A stretch of 64,000 nt of DNA from contig NW_026851631.1 of NCBI RefSeq assembly GCF_026571515.1, positions 310,001 through 374,000 of the forward strand, written 5' to 3'. Below, in pieces: positions 61,201-64,000 of this stretch. The stretch comes from Ruditapes philippinarum. Taxonomy: Eukaryota. The position numbers and the translations under genes were made by a program. Each line of letters opens with the position of its first letter. Position 1 is the first letter of the stretch. The notes beneath the pieces were generated by a model, which worked only from the letters and a program-made list of their open reading frames with translations, was not told the DNA's origin and did no database searches.

Positions 61201-63717
61201 TAGGTGCCCTTCCCTTATAAAGACAAAAAAGGCACCTTAGTAGAACCACTAACGTTCCGAAAGCAAACTGAATAGCTTCCTCTCATGAAAGAATCCACAG
61301 TTCCTATCGTAATTTGAACCCACAGCGGTGAAAGGCAAGTGGAAGTATGACATATATGTTGGAACCATAATAATTCAGCAAACCATTGAATACATTTTTT
61401 TCCATTCGGAACAATTATTGATTCCTTGTATTGTCTCTTCTTCATGCTTGTTTTAAATAAAAGCGCCAAAGGTTTTATGTAGTTAGACTTTACTTCTGCT
61501 TTAAGGTGCTGTTGAAAAAGTTATTCCATATCGTTCTATTATAAAATAAGAATTATATTTAATATGTAAAACATATTTTTTCTTTTATAAGTTAATCACA
61601 TACCTAGTATCTGACATCCAGTTATTTCCCAGAGTCCCGTTTCTAGACATTGTATTATGCCTTTGCTTAGATTGTAGCCCGTTTCACAGCTTACGTTCGC
61701 AAGTGCGGTATAGGTTGTGTTATTTTCTTCTAGAAGAGTGATGGTACCTTTTGTAACAACAGGTACTTCTCCGCAATCTAAAAAAGAAAAATAATAAATC
61801 ATAATAAGTTAGCTAATGATTCTTAGTCATTTCACACCAGATATCATATATGAAGAATACTTACCAACTATTTCGCAACTAGTTTTATCCCATTTTCCAG
61901 TGTCAAGACATTGTATTGTTTCTGAAGTAGTATTATAGCCTTGTTCGCATGTAACAACTGCTTCTGTGCCATAAGAGCTCAGTCCATCCACTTTTAACAC
62001 TACATTGCCATTATCTAGCTGTGGAACAGTTCCGCAATCTAAACAATTAATAGAATACAAAGTTGATAAAATGACTTGTAAGGAAATAGTAGGGAAGGCT
62101 TCAAACTATGAATGATCATATAAATTAGCAAGATTAACAAATTCTAAACTGAGACTGAATGTCGCAGAATTAGACATTAATAACATGTTAGTAAACTTAA
62201 ATTGAGAAATGCTTTTTTCGATTAAACATAAAATATTATTCGATTCCAATATATTTGTAGATAACTTATCACTCTAGGTCGTCTTTTCGATATGTTATTA
62301 TAAGATAATATGATTGTACTACATATTATCAATTGCGACTGTGGTTAATCTTTTAAGATGATTTTTATATCACCATACCTATCAAATTACAATCAGTAGC
62401 ATCCCAGTCCCCGGTGTCCCGACATTCTATGATTTTTAGCGTCTCATTATAACCTGTTTCGCATGTCACTTCCGCTAAAGCGCCGTAAGTCGTGTTTCCA
62501 TCTTCTATAAGGGTTATGCTTCCATTCGATATTAATGGTACGTTTCCACAGTCTGTTAAAATAAAAACGAGTTAAATTAGTTAACAAGATTGATCAAAAT
62601 AAGATTGTGCGTGTCGTTATATTATCGAGAGTGACCGTTCCACTGGTAATTATAGCAGCATTTTCGTCTAGAAATCGTATAGGTTGATGTATACTGTAAA
62701 ATATATGTTACATCGCTTTACAGTGTTTTGCAATGCTGACATCTTGATTTTTCTCAATTAAGCAGCAAGAATACTGAATCTCATTGTTTATATACTAAAG
62801 TATGACAAAAATAATAAGAAGCAAATTCTTAGATGTACAACTTCACATGCATAAAGTTTCATGACGGTCTAAGTCAAATATGTGAATTACGCACAAAAAA
62901 GTTGAAAATTGCAATTTTTTCTATGTCAAGGGCAATTACTTTACAAATATATCGACAAGCAAACCCTCAGGTGCATAACTATACATGCTGACCAACATTC
63001 CTTGAAAATTTCATAACTCCAAGTCAAATACCTTTTGAACTTTGCGCGACACAAGTGGAAAAAATCAAATATTTTCTAAGTCAAAAAGAATAACTCACCG
63101 CGATAACGTAAGCTGCACAACTTCACAAGCTGATCAATAGTCCTGTAAAGTGTGTTGACTCTAGGTCAAAGACAAATGTAAGTGTACTCCCCCCAAGAGT
63201 TGGGGCATAAAAATACTAAATAATGTCTCAAAGCACGTTCATTAATTTGCAAGAAAGTTAAAACATCTTTCTTCAAATAAGCATTTATATACAATGACGC
63301 TACCTAGCTTACGAACGTCGATGGTCCTATTCAGGTACCCGTTCGTGCCTGAAACAATGCAAAGAGATTAACCTGGAAATTTTTTCAATCGATAAAGCTC
63401 GAAAGCTACAATATGACCTTATAGCGTTGGTGCAACATAAAACAAGACCAAACCAAACAAATCAATGTCGTTACAGTCAGCATGACACTGTAAACTTTAA
63501 ACTTTTGGATAAAATGTCTCTATAAAACAAAATAAGTACACACCAACAATATCACAAGTCGTGTTATCCCATTTCCCATTATCGCCACACTCTATGGTAG
63601 GTAAGGTTGTATTATAGCCGGTGTTACATCTAACTTCTGCAAGAGCACCATAAGAGCTATTTCCAGCCTGGTTTAAGGTTATGGATCCACCATTAATCAA
63701 CGGAACAGTTCCACAAT
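31048..63717 (-). CDS. Adhesion GPCR (latrophilin/ADGRL-like HormR-GAIN-7TM core) with at least 18 N-terminal sushi/CCP domains; multi-exon, 5' end beyond the window
   Basis: Over 35 GT-AG exons with compatible phases traced by hand from the sushi exons through HormR, GAIN, GPS (WSSDGC...CLCDHL|TNFAVLM) and seven TM segments to stop TAG at 31048-31050. Confidence 0.92.
31487..31557 (-). CDS. aGPCR cytoplasmic tail exon
   Basis: CCAG| EPRKSFIDSGNFTTQNDSDGWKDK |GTTTG. Confidence 0.7.
31875..31917 (-). CDS. aGPCR cytoplasmic tail exon
   Basis: TTCAG| RSTSIDERKSKDFL |GTAAA. Confidence 0.7.
32570..33889 (+). mobile_element. HINE/pearl-like element with 7 tandem ~170-bp core repeats (intronic)
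   Basis: AATGTCGAAA-type unit starts at ~32641, 32812, 32981, 33151, 33313, 33483 and 33651; 5' CGGGTTGCA; CCCG microsatellite; 3' CGGGTTTGCAC-CA-GTGCAACCCG hairpin. Confidence 0.88.
34004..34072 (-). CDS. aGPCR helix 8 exon
   Basis: VKTAIQLRNRRRSSVKEMLKSML |GTAAG. Confidence 0.85.
34250..34291 (-). CDS. aGPCR TM7 exon
   Basis: GFFIFLFHCILNEQ. Confidence 0.9.
34787..34913 (-). CDS. aGPCR TM6-TM7 exon
   Basis: TSFRSLCVLLPVMGVSWILGIF...QYIFAILNGLQ. Confidence 0.92.
35317..35402 (-). CDS. aGPCR TM5/ICL3 exon
   Basis: FNGICLIIVIRKMFKTKAMETKTASEKI. Confidence 0.9.
35520..36340 (+). mobile_element. Old degenerate HINE-like repeat (TTGACCT...AATCAA.AGGG core)
   Basis: TGTCCATAGGACAC.TATGTCCC 5' motif and several decayed core units resembling 40329-40972. 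Confidence 0.5.
36431..36497 (-). CDS. aGPCR ECL2/TM5 exon
   Basis: CWLSVENGLIWSFVGPALCIIT. Confidence 0.92.
36696..36765 (-). CDS. aGPCR TM4/ECL2 exon
   Basis: IPAIIVVISLGATQAEGYGNDN. Confidence 0.92.
37384..37534 (-). CDS. aGPCR TM3-TM4 exon
   Basis: VACAVIAAVLQYIYLVVFCIMLVEGIEI...MLIFAW. Confidence 0.92.
38556..38661 (-). CDS. aGPCR TM2 exon (apparent compensating indels create in-frame TGA TAA)
   Basis: YLRNDRTTA[LINLCV]ALLLSYILFLAGVDRTESS is recovered by removing 3 nt in homopolymers. Confidence 0.85.
39091..39194 (-). CDS. aGPCR TM1 exon
   Basis: ADAAFKALRIISITGIGISIACLTVTLIVYIFFW. Confidence 0.92.
39519..39645 (-). CDS. aGPCR GPS exon (autoproteolysis site and Stachel)
   Basis: GNTGQGFWSSDGCIVKSTNTNYTICLCDHL|TNFAVLMSPFLE. 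Confidence 0.95.
39928..39971 (-). CDS. aGPCR GAIN/GPS exon
   Basis: TNFSNPLCSYWEFP |GTAAGT. Confidence 0.9.
40329..40972 (+). mobile_element. HINE/pearl-like element with GTGACCTTGACCTTTGACCTAGTGACCC core repeats
   Basis: 5' AACACGAAATGTC..ACACATATGCCCC; 3-4 core units; 3' CCCCTCTTC-TTC-GAAGGGGG..CATAA hairpin. Confidence 0.82.
41571..41682 (-). CDS. aGPCR GAIN exon
   Basis: AEDTDDVINAPILSLTISPRVSDKLDPPLQLNFTHDM. Confidence 0.9.
42030..42117 (-). CDS. aGPCR GAIN exon
   Basis: TSVQYATTAVMYRDLSKILPNNRNNTNN. Confidence 0.88.
42836..42976 (-). CDS. aGPCR GAIN exon
   Basis: IDVKKVSNKGVSFPDPD...WFKQASSSLRLEAAALK. Confidence 0.88.
43554..43674. repeat. Dispersed ~140-bp repeat, copy 2
   Basis: Homologous to 621-770. 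Confidence 0.75.
43675..43875 (-). mobile_element. Mariner transposase fragment
   Basis: DDVSSHKA...EKIVVFTLSPYSSDLAPCDLL resembles HDNASSH...PHPPYSPDLAPCDF. Confidence 0.72.
43900..44040 (-). CDS. Probable GAIN exon in error-rich sequence
   Basis: TTTTTAG| EKTS..KVLK start and ...NI |GTATG end supply the phase 0 to phase 1 link that is otherwise missing; the middle is garbled. Confidence 0.5.
44399..44470 (-). CDS. aGPCR GAIN exon
   Basis: EFLEIASNLVDDSNQESWKSISQS. Confidence 0.9.
44873..45076 (-). CDS. aGPCR GAIN subdomain A exon
   Basis: VLKLSKNSTGDEVDTVLEEILKVTT...LTDGELRVLSSSLETVADVL... Confidence 0.88.
45493..45584 (-). CDS. aGPCR HormR exon 2
   Basis: GSISRTCGAGGVWNLPQYNCVRESIVKVNEK. 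Confidence 0.9.
46254..46364 (-). CDS. aGPCR HormR exon 1
   Basis: VQTPKTCKENVDSRGLTWKETISGNIRNESCQSGFTG. Confidence 0.9.
46996..47172 (-). CDS. Sushi/CCP exon (membrane-proximal, canonical type, 177 bp)
   Basis: DCGRPDDLMNG...TYSCDEG...RICDANGKWSKTKPDC. Confidence 0.92.
47403..47576 (-). CDS. Sushi/CCP exon (174 bp)
   Basis: CEPSPTIENG...CDTGY...CRRNGTWDTTIC. Confidence 0.9.
47810..47983 (-). CDS. Sushi/CCP exon (174 bp)
   Basis: CSVAPKVSNG...CETGY...CRDTGFWDTATC. Confidence 0.9.
48187..48360 (-). CDS. Sushi/CCP exon (174 bp)
   Basis: CEAVPVIANG...CSIGY...CLDTGEWDNATC; near-copy of 53871 and 58863. Confidence 0.9.
48935..48980 (-). pseudogene. Decayed 3' remnant of a sushi exon
   Basis: VETGKWETQQCEIL matches the end of exons 54235/59224; rest lost. 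Confidence 0.65.
49150..49323 (-). CDS. Sushi/CCP exon (174 bp)
   Basis: CGDVPTVIKG...CDTGY...CLETGQWQTTKC; paralog of 61604. Confidence 0.9.
49410..49540 (-). pseudogene. Decayed sushi pseudo-exon
   Basis: STCGAEANVICEH(frameshift)GLNATLVIMQCRDTGKFANTTCNI; conserved Trp lost, 5' part missing. Confidence 0.7.
49730..49903 (-). CDS. Sushi/CCP exon (174 bp)
   Basis: CGILPPIDNG...CRGTGKWDNTSC; near-copy of 51579. Confidence 0.9.
50263..50436 (-). CDS. Sushi/CCP exon (174 bp)
   Basis: CGDVPTISNG...CRETGEWDVVGC; near-copy of 52097. Confidence 0.9.
51579..51752 (-). CDS. Sushi/CCP exon (174 bp)
   Basis: CGILPPIDNG...CRDTGKWDNTSC. Confidence 0.9.
52097..52270 (-). CDS. Sushi/CCP exon (174 bp)
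   Basis: CGDVPTISNG...CRNTGEWDAVEC. Confidence 0.9.
52536..52709 (-). CDS. Sushi/CCP exon (174 bp)
   Basis: CGNVSVISNG...CHDTGEWDVPAC. Confidence 0.9.
53871..54044 (-). CDS. Sushi/CCP exon (174 bp)
   Basis: CEAVPVIANG...CLGTGKWDNTTC. Confidence 0.9.
54235..54408 (-). CDS. Sushi/CCP exon (174 bp)
   Basis: CDAVPDVLNG...CLETGKWETPQC. Confidence 0.9.
54833..57625 (+). mobile_element. Composite/nested HINE-like elements with AAGTCAAGGGCAATAACTCT...GTGCACAACTACACATGCTGACCAACATTCC core
   Basis: Two 5' motifs (AAATGTG.CCAT.G.ACACGGGTGCC at ~54837 and ~55452) and two 3' ends (GGAC/GGAT microsatellite + TAAATGCCCCC..GGGGCACAA at ~56550-56620 and ~57560-57625). Confidence 0.8.
57187..57340. repeat. 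Dispersed ~140-bp repeat, copy 3, inserted in a HINE core
   Basis: Homologous to 621-770; interrupts the ACCAATATTCCT...AAAGTT core unit. Confidence 0.7.
57978..58161 (-). CDS. Sushi exon copy of 62379-62552 in error-rich sequence
   Basis: 3' half ECRDSGDWDVTGCNLI is intact and flanking introns match 62195-62720; 5' half garbled by homopolymer runs. Confidence 0.6.
58863..59036 (-). CDS. Sushi/CCP exon (174 bp)
   Basis: CEAVPVIANG...CLETGEWDNATC. Confidence 0.9.
59224..59398 (-). CDS. Sushi/CCP exon (175 bp; one extra base in an A run versus its twin at 54235)
   Basis: Near-identical to 54235-54408; TTTAAAAACG versus TTTAAAACG. Confidence 0.82.
60160..61115 (+). mobile_element. HINE-like element, same family and equivalent intron position as 54833-57625
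   Basis: 5' AAATGTGTCCTTGGGACACGGGTGCCC, core repeats, GGAC microsatellite, CCCC...GGGGGCACAA hairpin; splits a SINE whose pieces lie on either side. Confidence 0.82.
61170..61342 (-). mobile_element. SINE copy with remnant tRNA-like head
   Basis: Homologous to 4763-4956; minus strand has the GTGGGTTCAAAT B-box-like motif. Confidence 0.65.
61604..61777 (-). CDS. Sushi/CCP exon (174 bp)
   Basis: CGEVPVVTKG...CLETGLWEITGC. Confidence 0.9.
61865..62038 (-). CDS. Sushi/CCP exon (174 bp)
   Basis: CGTVPQLDNG...CLDTGKWDKTSC. Confidence 0.9.
62379..62552 (-). CDS. Sushi/CCP exon (174 bp)
   Basis: CGNVPLISNG...CRDTGDWDATDC. Confidence 0.9.
62820..63212 (+). mobile_element. 5'-truncated HINE-like element (same core as 60160-61115)
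   Basis: Core repeats and terminal CCCCCAA-GAG-TTGGGGCATAA hairpin. Confidence 0.72.
63295..63463 (+). mobile_element. Diverged SINE copy
   Basis: CTAGCTTACG.ACGTCG.TGGT.CTA.TCAGGTACCCGTTCGTGCCTGAAA...ATATGACC...AAAC tail; reverse complement of 4763-4956. Confidence 0.7.
63544..63717 (-). CDS. Sushi/CCP exon (174 bp)
   Basis: CGTVPLINGG...CGDNGKWDNTTC. Confidence 0.9.
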
Positions 63718-64000
63718 CTGCAAAGGTGTTTATCATGTTTATCAAACATCAAAACATCTATTCTACTTAAAAAGAAGTATCATTCATTTTTCAATACAGT
63801 TTATCAATAGTAACTCATAATGTAATTACCTTACCAAATTATATAAGAATCAAATCAGCATTGTGGAAATAATCTTGTTTATCAAAGTCAATATTGTTCT
63901 GACCAAACAATTCTAAAGGGTTTGCAAGTCAAATACGAAATGCACAAGCTTTTATTAACATGTGATTGGTGCTGCATTTCATCTGTTTTTGCATTATTAT

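Overview
AT-rich eukaryotic (intron-containing) genomic DNA, most likely from a bivalve mollusc. This is an inference from the repeat types: HINE/pearl-like elements, a core-domain SINE and a Ngaro-like element. There are three zones. (1) 1-22.4 kb is mostly decayed and nested transposons: a mariner remnant, a Tc1 interrupted by a TA-flanked MITE, a foldback MITE, and a CR1/L2-type LINE with two tandem 2A-like+APE modules, plus one possible host exon. (2) 22.5-29.0 kb is a young, nearly intact tyrosine-recombinase (Ngaro/DIRS order) retrotransposon. It has 187-bp terminal direct repeats, a hairpin-rich 4 x ~146-bp leader array, gag-like, RT/RNase H and YR ORFs, and a fourth SGNH-hydrolase ORF. 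That ORF sits behind a splice acceptor that is phase-matched to a donor inside gag, which predicts a Gag(Q/P-rich)-esterase fusion. (3) 31.0-64 kb is a minus-strand adhesion GPCR gene that runs off the window. It encodes at least 18 sushi/CCP domains, each on its own phase 1-1 exon (mostly 174 bp), followed by HormR, GAIN/GPS (HL|T) and 7TM domains. The sushi array shows block duplication, exon deletion and exon decay. Several stretches look like low-quality long-read consensus, so homopolymer frameshifts should be treated with caution. All alignments and translations were done by eye.
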